Below are positions 36,442-44,610 of a stretch of 64,000 nt of DNA, piece after piece. Within the stretch, counting starts at the first letter, position 1; the number at the start of each line of letters is the position of its first letter. The notes beneath the pieces are model-generated. The model saw only the letters and a program-made list of their open reading frames with translations. It did not search any database and had not been told where the DNA came from. Source of the DNA: Candidatus Nomurabacteria bacterium GW2011_GWD2_36_14 (GTDB lineage Bacteria; Patescibacteriota; Minisyncoccia; Phycocordibacterales; UBA9973); NCBI GenBank assembly GCA_000991405.1, contig LBRL01000001.1:379200-443199 (forward strand), in the 5' to 3' direction. The position numbers and the translations under genes were made by a program.

Positions 36442-36621
36442 TTAAATTTGTAAGAATTGCAATAAATGATAGACGAGTACTCCGGGCCATACAATCGACT
36501 TCCCTATAGCAAGCATAATAGCTCCAAAAGTTACAGCCCCTTTTAAGAAATACACCAACGAACCTATGAGAGCAAGCCCATAGATACAACCTCCGCCACC
36601 ATTTGATATATTATTTTTCAT
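36442..36621 (-). CDS. Small membrane protein (59 aa), absent from the ORF track
   Basis: My manual translation gives MKNNISNGGGGCIYGLALIGSLVYFLKGAVTFGAIMLAIGKSIVWPGVLVYHLLQFLQI, a hydrophobic hairpin-like peptide in an otherwise empty 370-bp gap. Confidence 0.3.
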   Translation of the reverse strand: MKNNISNGGGGCIYGLALIGSLVYFLKGAVTFGAIMLAIGKSIVWPGVLVYHLLQFLQI

Positions 36622-36751
36622 ACATGTATATTATACTACCATTTTCTTGTGTAGCAATAATAAAACGTAAATATGACATTAAAATGAGATGAATTTACGT
36701 TTTTTAAGCGATAATTATTGCAAATCTATAGTTGATTGAATTAAAGGTGAA

Positions 36752-37189
36752 TTAATATTGTTTTATAAATCTTACTTCATCAGATAACACTTTGCCTTCT
36801 TTAAAATCATTAAATATTTTCTCTGGTAAGAATTTTATATCTTCATCTCTACTCTTCCAGCAAATTTCAGATAGTTCAAACGCATGAGTACGATTAACAT
36901 TTTCTAAATCTAAATAATCTTTACCATTTTTAACTTCAAATATAAAATCCAGACATTGTTCTGTTCCTTTTAAAATAAAATTATTTACATATAATAACCT
37001 TCCAATTTTAGGTTTAATACCCAATTCTTCAACAAGCTCTCTTTCCAAACACTCTTCTATCCCCTCATTAAAATCCAGCTTACCTCCCGGTAAACAATAA
37101 AAATTATTATGGGGCATTTTAACAAGAAGAAATTTATCATCGTGCAAAATAATACCCCTTACTGTAATTGATAATTTATTTAATTCCAT
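36752..37189 (-). CDS. NUDIX hydrolase
   Basis: Nudix box GGKLDFNEGIEECLERELVEELGI. Confidence 0.75.
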   Translation of the reverse strand: MELNKLSITVRGIILHDDKFLLVKMPHNNFYCLPGGKLDFNEGIEECLERELVEELGIKPKIGRLLYVNNFILKGTEQCLDFIFEVKNGKDYLDLENVNRTHAFELSEICWKSRDEDIKFLPEKIFNDFKEGKVLSDEVRFIKQY

Positions 37190-37206
37190 AATTTTATTAT
37201 ACTTCT

Positions 37207-37524
37207 TTATTTAAATTCAAACAAAACGTCTCTGAAATTCACAATCCTATTGTTCTTATCTAGCTTAATCCCCTCCTTTTTGTACAGGGCGAACCTTTTC
37301 TTCTTATACTCATCATTTATCCAGACTTTCCCATCTGCATATACAATCCGGTGGAATGGAATATTCTTCACCCCTGCCATATGCGCCTTCCCTAAAATAT
37401 TCGTAATACTCTGCGAGGCCATAGGCCCTGCCCCCGCTGCCCGCGCAATTCTACCATAAGTAGTGACTCTACCTTTTGGAATGGCTAATGCTATTTTGAT
37501 AACACGGTCAGAGAAAGTAAGCAT
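37207..37524 (-). CDS. Alkyltransferase-like protein (ATL; MGMT/Ogt DNA-binding domain lacking the catalytic cysteine)
   Basis: 105 aa. IPKGRVTTYGRIARAAGAGPMASQSITNILGKAH...IPFHRIV matches the MGMT HTH and PCHRV active-site context, with Phe replacing the Cys (PFHRI). Confidence 0.6.
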   Translation of the reverse strand: MLTFSDRVIKIALAIPKGRVTTYGRIARAAGAGPMASQSITNILGKAHMAGVKNIPFHRIVYADGKVWINDEYKKKRFALYKKEGIKLDKNNRIVNFRDVLFEFK

Positions 37525-37560
37525 AAATTAATTAACAAAATAACAGTTAAAAACCCTGAT

Positions 37561-38241
37561 TTAAATTAAAGCTATTAATCTAATTGGCGATTCTGTCCCA
37601 TCTTTTATTTTCATTGGTAATACGAAACTTTTTGCCCCGATTGGTGGTAATTCTTTTGCGTTTGCAATGTTCTCTACGAGGTATTTATCAGCACCTAGGA
37701 TTGCATTATGAACAGGAAATCCATTTGTACCAGTATCAGCAGAAAGAGTATCAATACCTATCCCTGCTATGTCTCTCTTTAAAAGAAGTTCTGCGGTAGA
37801 GACATCTACACTAGGGAATTTATGATCATTATTGTACTTTTCTCTGTCGTCCCAATATTTGTCCCAGCCAGTATAAAAAATAACAAAGCTATTTGGCTTT
37901 ATTTCCCCGTGTTCTTTTTCAAATTTCTCAACAACCTCTGGTAATACTATATAATCTTCGCCTGCTTCCGCACTAACATCAATAACTATGCAGTCAGTCA
38001 CCAATTCCTCTAAAGAAAGCTTGTCTATTGTCCTCCCATTTGGAATGACATGTGCAGGTGCATCCATGTGTGTTCCTATCCCTGCCCCACATTTTATTTT
38101 CTGTACACGAAATAGATTTGGAGATATACAATCTTTATAATCAGTACCAATAGACAATTCAAAACCGCAACTTCCATCCCAAGTCGGAATTTCAGACGAG
38201 AGTTGGTGAGTAAGATCTACTAATTTAAATTCTTTATTCAT
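37561..38241 (-). CDS. Cyclase family protein (kynurenine formamidase KynB-like)
   Basis: Metal-binding motif GAGIGTHMDAPAHV (HxGTHxDxPxH). Confidence 0.7.
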   Translation of the reverse strand: MNKEFKLVDLTHQLSSEIPTWDGSCGFELSIGTDYKDCISPNLFRVQKIKCGAGIGTHMDAPAHVIPNGRTIDKLSLEELVTDCIVIDVSAEAGEDYIVLPEVVEKFEKEHGEIKPNSFVIFYTGWDKYWDDREKYNNDHKFPSVDVSTAELLLKRDIAGIGIDTLSADTGTNGFPVHNAILGADKYLVENIANAKELPPIGAKSFVLPMKIKDGTESPIRLIALI

Positions 38242-38337
38242 GATACTAGTATATCAAAATAACAGCTAAAAATCCTAGCTAGCTGGGCCACTGTTGGAAG
38301 TTATTAAAGATATAACAGGAAGAATCTTTACTATGAT

Positions 38338-38700
38338 TTAGAATAATAAAGATATTAGACTATATAATATACCTAATATTAAAAATAAATTAATGAAAAT
38401 TGCTGGGATAAAACCTAACCATAAGATCCAAGATCTTTCACCTTTTCTGTATGCAATAATACCCAAAATAAAAACTGGTATCGAAGTAATAATCTCAATC
38501 ATTACAATCTTTAGTAATCTCGATACCCCTTCTATCTTCATGTCATATATATCAGGATAAATATTTTGATTTAATGGAATTGTACGCATTATCATATATG
38601 CAATAATTCCTAAAATTAAATAAACAAAAAATCCAAAAACCCACCAAGTAATTTTTAATTTAGGTAATTCTTTAAACTTACTTATTATTTGTTTTTCCAT
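38338..38700 (-). CDS. Small membrane protein
   Basis: 120 aa with 3-4 TM helices. Confidence 0.4.
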   Translation of the reverse strand: MEKQIISKFKELPKLKITWWVFGFFVYLILGIIAYMIMRTIPLNQNIYPDIYDMKIEGVSRLLKIVMIEIITSIPVFILGIIAYRKGERSWILWLGFIPAIFINLFLILGILYSLISLLF

Positions 38701-38778
38701 ATTTCAATTATAGCAAAATAACCACCCAAAACCCTAGCTGGCTATCTAAGTAATACTGAAATCTATTTAAAAATGATC

Positions 38779-39744
38779 TTAATTAAAATAAGGAATCTTC
38801 CACCATATACCAGGATTAACAAAACGCAAGTTTCTATTAAGCTCTTGAATTATCTTCATTTCTTCTTCCGATAATTCAAAATCAAATACATCTATATTTT
38901 CTTTTATTCTTTCTGGTGTAGTGCTCTTTGGTATTAAAACTGTGCCCCTCTGTATACCCCAACGAATTAATACTTGTGCTGGAGACTTTTTATGGTTATT
39001 TGCAATTTCTTTGATAGTCTTATCCTCGATTAACTCTGGGAAACCTTTGTCCTTGTAATTACCAGGGGATCCAAGTGGAGAATAAGCCGTAACAACGACA
39101 TTGTTGTATTTGCAAAATTCTACTAATTCAGATTGTTGTAGGTATGCATGTAGTTCTATTTGATTCACAGCAGGTTTGACTTTGGCATAAGAAATTAAAT
39201 CATTCAGCATAGGTGCAGTAAAATTTGATACACCTATAGCTTTTACAAGACCTGCTTGTACAAGCTCTTCCATTGCCTCCCATGTTTCTCTAATAGAAAC
39301 TTTCTCTGTGAGAAGAAAACCATTTTCATCGAGTTGTTCATTCCACCTTCCAAGTGGATTGTCTGTCGGTGTATCATTGTAAGGGATAGCTACCCCCCAG
39401 TGCATAAGGTATAGGTCTAAATATTCAAGGTTTAAATCAGCAAGAGTTCTTTCGCATGCTTTTCGTACAGATTCTTTATGATGTTCAGAATTCCAAAGCT
39501 TACTAGTAATGAAAATATCTTCCCTTTTTACTTTTCCACTTCCAAATACTTTTATAAAAGCTTCTCCGATTTCTTTTTCATTACGATATATAGCCGCACA
39601 ATCGATATGACGGTAACCACTTTCTAAAAGTGAATACTCAACTGCCTCTCCTGCCTTATCTGGCGCAGACTTCCAAGTGCCAAGACCTATTATCGGCATT
39701 ATGGCACCTGTATTTAAGATTAAATTTGTTTTTATTGAATTCAT
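38779..39744 (-). CDS. Aldo/keto reductase
   Basis: AKR signatures: GLGTWKS, the catalytic-tetrad context, and IGVSNF. Confidence 0.85.
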   Translation of the reverse strand: MNSIKTNLILNTGAIMPIIGLGTWKSAPDKAGEAVEYSLLESGYRHIDCAAIYRNEKEIGEAFIKVFGSGKVKREDIFITSKLWNSEHHKESVRKACERTLADLNLEYLDLYLMHWGVAIPYNDTPTDNPLGRWNEQLDENGFLLTEKVSIRETWEAMEELVQAGLVKAIGVSNFTAPMLNDLISYAKVKPAVNQIELHAYLQQSELVEFCKYNNVVVTAYSPLGSPGNYKDKGFPELIEDKTIKEIANNHKKSPAQVLIRWGIQRGTVLIPKSTTPERIKENIDVFDFELSEEEMKIIQELNRNLRFVNPGIWWKIPYFN

Positions 39745-39746
39745 AA

Positions 39747-40334
39747 TTATATTATAGGTTTAAATAATTCTATTAATTCATCTTTCTTATTCTTATCAAG
39801 TTTTGCTTCATAAAAATGATTAACAATTTCTCGTTCAGAAAAATTCTTTTTAATCCCTTCTTCAATTAATTCATCAAGTGTAACAAACATTAATTCTATT
39901 TTTTCTCCTGAATCTAAATGTGCTTCATCTATCTTTCTTAACCCTTTTGCAATAAAGGTATATACCACCCAATCAATCTTACTAGTTGGATGTTGAGCAT
40001 CCCATAGAATAAATTCTTCAGCTTCATAACCACTTTCTTCCAATAGTTCTCTCTTTGCTGCAGATAATATATCTTCACCTTCGTCTACTCTTCCTCCTGT
40101 AGTTCCAATAAATGGCTCTTTGCCGGGTTGTTCCTGTTTAGTTAGAATTATTCTTCCGTCATTAAGTACAGGAAAAACAACGACGGTATCAGATCTCTTT
40201 ATCTTTTCAAAAGTTTTCTTACTTCCATCAAACTGTTCTTGGTCCCAGTGATAAACATCGAACAATACACCTTGAAAAACTTTTGTAGCATGTTCTGGTA
40301 TTGGTTGTTTTGATTCTGGTCTTTGAATATTCAT
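39747..40334 (-). CDS. NUDIX hydrolase
   Basis: Nudix box GGRVDEGEDILSAAKRELLEESGY. Confidence 0.75.
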   Translation of the reverse strand: MNIQRPESKQPIPEHATKVFQGVLFDVYHWDQEQFDGSKKTFEKIKRSDTVVVFPVLNDGRIILTKQEQPGKEPFIGTTGGRVDEGEDILSAAKRELLEESGYEAEEFILWDAQHPTSKIDWVVYTFIAKGLRKIDEAHLDSGEKIELMFVTLDELIEEGIKKNFSEREIVNHFYEAKLDKNKKDELIELFKPII

Positions 40335-40358
40335 GATTTTATTATACCAAGATAATGA

Positions 40359-41015
40359 TTAATTGATTTCTAAAAATTCTCCTTCACTAATAATTTTTAT
40401 AATACCATCAACAACTTCTATGGCTGAATTATCATCGAGTACATATACTTTATTTTTTATATCTTTAATTGCTTCTAAGATATTTTCTTTATTTCTTACA
40501 GGATGTTCATTTTTAAGATGAGGAAGTATATAAAAATTAACAAGGTTAATTCCATTTATATTTTCTGTTTTTTCTAAATCTTCTTTATATAATTTTTGTA
40601 ATGTATTTAATAACAAATCTGGACTTAGTATCATACTACCAGCACTTACACCTACATATACTTTTGTTTTTAATAATTCTGGCAATATTTCCCCTAAACC
40701 AGATTTATTCATCCATTCCATTAAATGAAAAGTATTACCACCCTCAAAATACAAAACATCCGCCTCTTTTAATTGAGGTTCCCATATATTCCTTTCAATA
40801 GCAGAAATATCTACTATACTAATAGATTTTAGGTTCAAATTTTTTAGAACAATAAGATCTTTAATAAACCAGTCTTTCTTATCTCCCTTTTCTACATTTG
40901 AAGCAGTTGGAATAAAAGCCAAAGATATATCTTCTGGTTTCTTACCCACTAAATCAAAAAATGATTTCTTTATAGAATCATTTGATATCCCCGCTGATGT
41001 TAATAATAGTTTCAT
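40359..41015 (-). CDS. Peptidase S51 family protein (dipeptidase E / cyanophycinase-like)
   Basis: KLLLTSAGI, FEGGNTFHLM and the nucleophile context VYVGVSAGSMIL. Confidence 0.65.
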   Translation of the reverse strand: MKLLLTSAGISNDSIKKSFFDLVGKKPEDISLAFIPTASNVEKGDKKDWFIKDLIVLKNLNLKSISIVDISAIERNIWEPQLKEADVLYFEGGNTFHLMEWMNKSGLGEILPELLKTKVYVGVSAGSMILSPDLLLNTLQKLYKEDLEKTENINGINLVNFYILPHLKNEHPVRNKENILEAIKDIKNKVYVLDDNSAIEVVDGIIKIISEGEFLEIN

Positions 41016-41043
41016 AATTTGATTATATACGATATTTCAAAAA

Positions 41044-41538
41044 TTAAAGATTATCTCTAATTTTCATCCAGATATTTCCAAGCATATTCTTTCCGTCCTT
41101 ATTTGGTCCTATACCCCAAAAAATATCAACTGGAGAATTCTCGATTATCTTTCTTCCTCCTGCCATCTTGAGTGCATCTTGAACATCCTCATGTTGTTTA
41201 CACTTAGCTCGTAATATTTCTTCCATAATTGTTATTTTTATTTCCGCCCAATCTTTTGGCTGTTTACTTTTATTAGCTTTTGAAATTTTAAAAACTGCAT
41301 ATGGACTTCCAGCTAATAGAATTTTATTTGCAATATCAGGCTCTATTTCAGAAAACTTTTTCCATTGAAATGCATGCTCAGAAGTTGGAAAGTCAATTCC
41401 CCAAATATTAACTTTATGTGAAGACCAGTTATTTAATGGTTCAAAAGGAACAGTAAAAAAGTATATGCTGTCCTCTGTTTCTTTATTTAATCCTTCGCTT
41501 GAATTTGGGTACATAAATTTATAAACTAATATTACCAA
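41044..41538 (-). CDS. NADAR domain protein (YbiA-like N-glycosidase / ADP-ribose processing)
   Basis: TSEHAFQWKKF...WAEIKITIMEEILRAKCKQHEDVQDALKMAGGRKIIENSPVDIFWGIGPNKDGKNMLGNIWMKIRDNL matches the NADAR/DUF1768 consensus. Confidence 0.6.
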   Translation of the reverse strand: MVILVYKFMYPNSSEGLNKETEDSIYFFTVPFEPLNNWSSHKVNIWGIDFPTSEHAFQWKKFSEIEPDIANKILLAGSPYAVFKISKANKSKQPKDWAEIKITIMEEILRAKCKQHEDVQDALKMAGGRKIIENSPVDIFWGIGPNKDGKNMLGNIWMKIRDNL

Positions 41539-41879
41539 ACAGAAGCCTTAGTCTCAACTTCATTTTCTGGCTTCCATGATGGTGTTGTTATCAACACCAT
41601 TTTTAATTTACCTTTATAATAAATTCTAGTGTTAGGCTCAATTGAAATCATATCTCCTTTTTCGACTTCTACTTCTACATCATCTAAGAAAAAAGAGCCG
41701 TTGCCTTCTAAAACAATATAAACAAAAGTTGATTTTAAATTAGAGAACTCTTCATTGTGCCCTGTTTCTGTAGAAACTAGAACAATTCCACAATCATTAA
41801 CATTTGGATAAACATCTAGATTAGCCCCAAATTTCCCCTTTTTCTCTGTATCTGTGTTTTTAGTTAATTTATATTTCAT
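41532..41879 (-). CDS. Cupin domain protein
   Basis: 115 aa beta-rich protein with a cupin-like G-x5-H/E pattern. Weak call. Confidence 0.4.
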   Translation of the reverse strand: MKYKLTKNTDTEKKGKFGANLDVYPNVNDCGIVLVSTETGHNEEFSNLKSTFVYIVLEGNGSFFLDDVEVEVEKGDMISIEPNTRIYYKGKLKMVLITTPSWKPENEVETKASVW

Positions 41880-41944
41880 AATTTTATTATATCAAAGTTC
41901 CAAAGTGATAAACAGGTACTAAAAATTTGCCTTATAAATAAAGC

Positions 41945-42511
41945 TTAAAAATCTTCTGGCAACTCCATATCAATAGGTAAACCCATTTGAGCCATAGGAT
42001 TTTTAGTTAAGTCTTTGACGGTAAAGTTTTGATTGTTTAATAGAAACTCCTCTTGAAGTTTGAACGGTATATATATTTTATTTGAAGGAGATTTTATGTT
42101 TCTTAAATAAAGATTTCTCAGGTTGAAAGTTAATTCATCTAGTATAGTAATAATTTCTTGTGAGTTTGACTTAGACCCAGCCTCTCCGTAGCGATGTGTC
42201 AAATAACCCTCAGATAATTGGTTTAAAAAATCAACCTTATGGATATCATCAAGTATTGAGCTGAAGTATGAATCTCTATTTTTGTACTTTTCTAAAAGCT
42301 TAACAAGGTCATGTCCTTTTTCCTGCTCATGATTAAGCTTAAGAATTGCTTTTATATAAAGTTCCATAGATTGATGTGCGTTTGAACAACCAACTGGTAT
42401 CCATCCATAAGCCAATGCTCTGCGTGCACTTATATAAAAACCATCTGCATTGGAAAAGAGGAATATAAATTGGAGTGTAGAATCTTTTATTAATTCAAAA
42501 GGGCTGGGCAT
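41945..42511 (-). CDS. Hypothetical helical protein (possible HEPN-like domain)
   Basis: 188 aa, predicted all-alpha, with the segment ELYIKAILKLNHEQEKGHDLVKLLEK. No definitive motif. Confidence 0.35.
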   Translation of the reverse strand: MPSPFELIKDSTLQFIFLFSNADGFYISARRALAYGWIPVGCSNAHQSMELYIKAILKLNHEQEKGHDLVKLLEKYKNRDSYFSSILDDIHKVDFLNQLSEGYLTHRYGEAGSKSNSQEIITILDELTFNLRNLYLRNIKSPSNKIYIPFKLQEEFLLNNQNFTVKDLTKNPMAQMGLPIDMELPEDF

Positions 42512-42538
42512 AAAAATTTAAATGACAATCTAATATGT

Positions 42539-43306
42539 TTAAATCAGATTTGTTCTATCTTTAATTAGCTTTAGTGATGTTGCATATGCAATACTGAGAG
42601 GAACTCTCATTGAAACTGGCTGCAAATTAGTCTGGCCATTTGGATTTACTTGTGAAACAAGTAAATCATCTCTTCCCCAATTCATATTTCCATTAATAAA
42701 ACCAACAACAGTTTTCTTGTCTTTCAAGAAAAGAGGCGCTCCACTATTACCACTTAAATTGATTGCATTAATTTTTATATGTTCATAATTCTCTCCACCA
42801 ATAATTGTCGTGGGAAAAGAAGAGATAATACCTTCAGTATATGCAAATGGCGTCGTGTCATGAGTATATCCAAATTGACTTGGAAAACCACCAAACGAAA
42901 CTGAATCCCCATATTTCGGGATTGATTTGATGTTTAGTTTACAAACATTTACACTCTTTTTTTCAACAGAAACTTTTAATGTAACAAGATCATAGAACTC
43001 ACTAAAGTCATTAAGTTCAGCTGTTACTCTACTCCCATCATCCAACTCAATAAATACAGATGGAATTTTATTTTTATAAAAAATATTTAATCGCTCGTGT
43101 TCATTGATATGTTGAATAGTGTTAAATTCAGGCAAGCTCCTGATGTTACGCAACTCTCCACCAAAAACAACATGGAAGCAAGTTACAAACTTTTTCTTGT
43201 TTACAAAAAAACCTGAACCTGATGATTCATTACCATTACTATATCTAATAATAATTCTATAGACTCGCTCTTTTACAAATTCTCCGTGAGGTAACTTTTT
43301 TACCAT
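42539..43306 (-). CDS. Cytoplasmic trypsin-like (S1/chymotrypsin fold) serine protease
   Basis: No signal peptide. It has His (TCFHVV), Asp, and the Ser nucleophile elbow GNSGAPLF. Confidence 0.65.
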   Translation of the reverse strand: MVKKLPHGEFVKERVYRIIIRYSNGNESSGSGFFVNKKKFVTCFHVVFGGELRNIRSLPEFNTIQHINEHERLNIFYKNKIPSVFIELDDGSRVTAELNDFSEFYDLVTLKVSVEKKSVNVCKLNIKSIPKYGDSVSFGGFPSQFGYTHDTTPFAYTEGIISSFPTTIIGGENYEHIKINAINLSGNSGAPLFLKDKKTVVGFINGNMNWGRDDLLVSQVNPNGQTNLQPVSMRVPLSIAYATSLKLIKDRTNLI

Positions 43307-43558
43307 ATTTATATTGTACCGCCATCAGAGACTTTTACAAAGTCTATATAAAATTATATTAGCGTTTCATTGATGCTCTTCGAGCTATGCTCAAATTGGC
43401 TGCGAGACCTGGACCACGAGTACGTTTCTCGAACCTTACAGGTTCAGTACACCTTTTCCATTCGTGAGTACACTCACACGGAAAAGGTTTTCTCGTCCAG
43501 GGCGTATGTGAAGCAGTTCACATACTTCTGGCAGAAAAACTCGCTGCACTCGTTTTTG

Positions 43559-43629
43559 CTGCCAGACCTGGACTCGAACCAAGATAACCTCCTCCAGAGG
43601 GAGGTGTCCTACCATTAGACGATCTGGCA
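43559..43629 (-). tRNA. tRNA-Gln(CTG)
   Basis: My manual fold of the reverse complement gives acceptor UGCCAGA/UCUGGCA with U1:A72 and discriminator G73 (both tRNA-Gln hallmarks), D-stem GTCT/GGAC, anticodon loop CTCTGGA, and T-arm CTTGG-TTCGAGT-CCAGG. Confidence 0.8.
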
Positions 43630-43747
43630 ATGTTTATATAACTAAGCCCACAGACAAAAGCGGATGGACTGGTAATATTAAGTGACAAGAACATATTACC
43701 ATAAAACGCCAAAAATTCAATTGAAAGAACCCATAGAATAAGGTAGA

Positions 43748-44482
43748 ATGATATCCATGACAACAGAAACAAAATATGAGCCTAGGCACATAACGACAGA
43801 TGATATTAAAAATGGTTGTATAACTCTGACAGGGGGCGATGGTGAGGAAACGAAGCTCTGCATGATACAGGAAGAATTCCGTGAAGGAATAGATACTGTG
43901 AAGGTACTGGGTCCTTCGGTCACTTTCTATGGCTCAGCTAGACTAAAGCCCGACCATCCTGAATACCAGAAAGTTTACAATCTAGCATATAGAATAGCAA
44001 AGGAACTAGGAGATGTAATAATTACAGGTGGAGGAGGCGGTATTATGGAAGCGGCGAACAAGGGCGCATACGATGCGAAAGTAGAATCCATAGGTATGAC
44101 TATAAGGCTTCCTCGTGAGCAAGCTACGAACCCTTACGTTACAAAGGAATTGCCCTTCCACTTCTTCTTTGCTCGCCAAGTCTCCATGCAATACACAACT
44201 GAGGCTGTCGTCTATTGTGCGGGAGGTACTGGCACTATGTATGAATTCTTCGAAATGCTGACCCACCTACAGACTGGTAAAGTAGGACCAATTCCTATGA
44301 TTCTATATGGTACAGAATTCTGGACTCCAATAAAGAAGATACTCGAAGAGCAGTTCGTAGAAAAGTACAAAACAATCTCCGCAAGCGATCTAGAAAGATT
44401 CATAATAACTGATGACGAAGATCAGATACTCGAAATCATAAAGTATAGTAAAGTGAGAAACGGAGAGGATGAGTTGAATTAA
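43748..44482 (+). CDS. LOG family protein (TIGR00730 Rossmann-fold nucleotide-binding protein; cytokinin riboside 5'-monophosphate phosphoribohydrolase-like)
   Basis: GSARLKPDHPEYQKVYNLAYRIAKELGDVIITGGGGGIMEAANKGA (GGGxGxMEA) and the PGGxGTxxE-like context AGGTGTMYEF. Confidence 0.75.
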   Translation: MISMTTETKYEPRHITTDDIKNGCITLTGGDGEETKLCMIQEEFREGIDTVKVLGPSVTFYGSARLKPDHPEYQKVYNLAYRIAKELGDVIITGGGGGIMEAANKGAYDAKVESIGMTIRLPREQATNPYVTKELPFHFFFARQVSMQYTTEAVVYCAGGTGTMYEFFEMLTHLQTGKVGPIPMILYGTEFWTPIKKILEEQFVEKYKTISASDLERFIITDDEDQILEIIKYSKVRNGEDELN

Positions 44483-44610
44483 AAATACATAATAAAAATG
44501 TTCTCGAGCGAACACTTGCGCAGGCCGACTGGGCCGAGCAGAGCAAAATTTCAGCAGAAATTTATGCGTGGTGAGTCCGAGAATTTTTTTATGGAGTATT
44601 TTTAATTCAA

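Noticed and set aside
43408-43501. Possible plus-strand tRNA-Val(TAC) in the cloverleaf-like element
   Set aside because: The acceptor-like, D-like and anticodon-like stems can be drawn. There is however no T-arm (no 5-bp stem with a TTCGAAT-type loop), and the acceptor is only 5 bp. It was not called as a tRNA.
43370-43923. Several 60-84-aa ORFs on both strands around tRNA-Gln
   Set aside because: They overlap one another, a tRNA and nested RNA stems, and have low-complexity translations. The region is better explained as non-coding.
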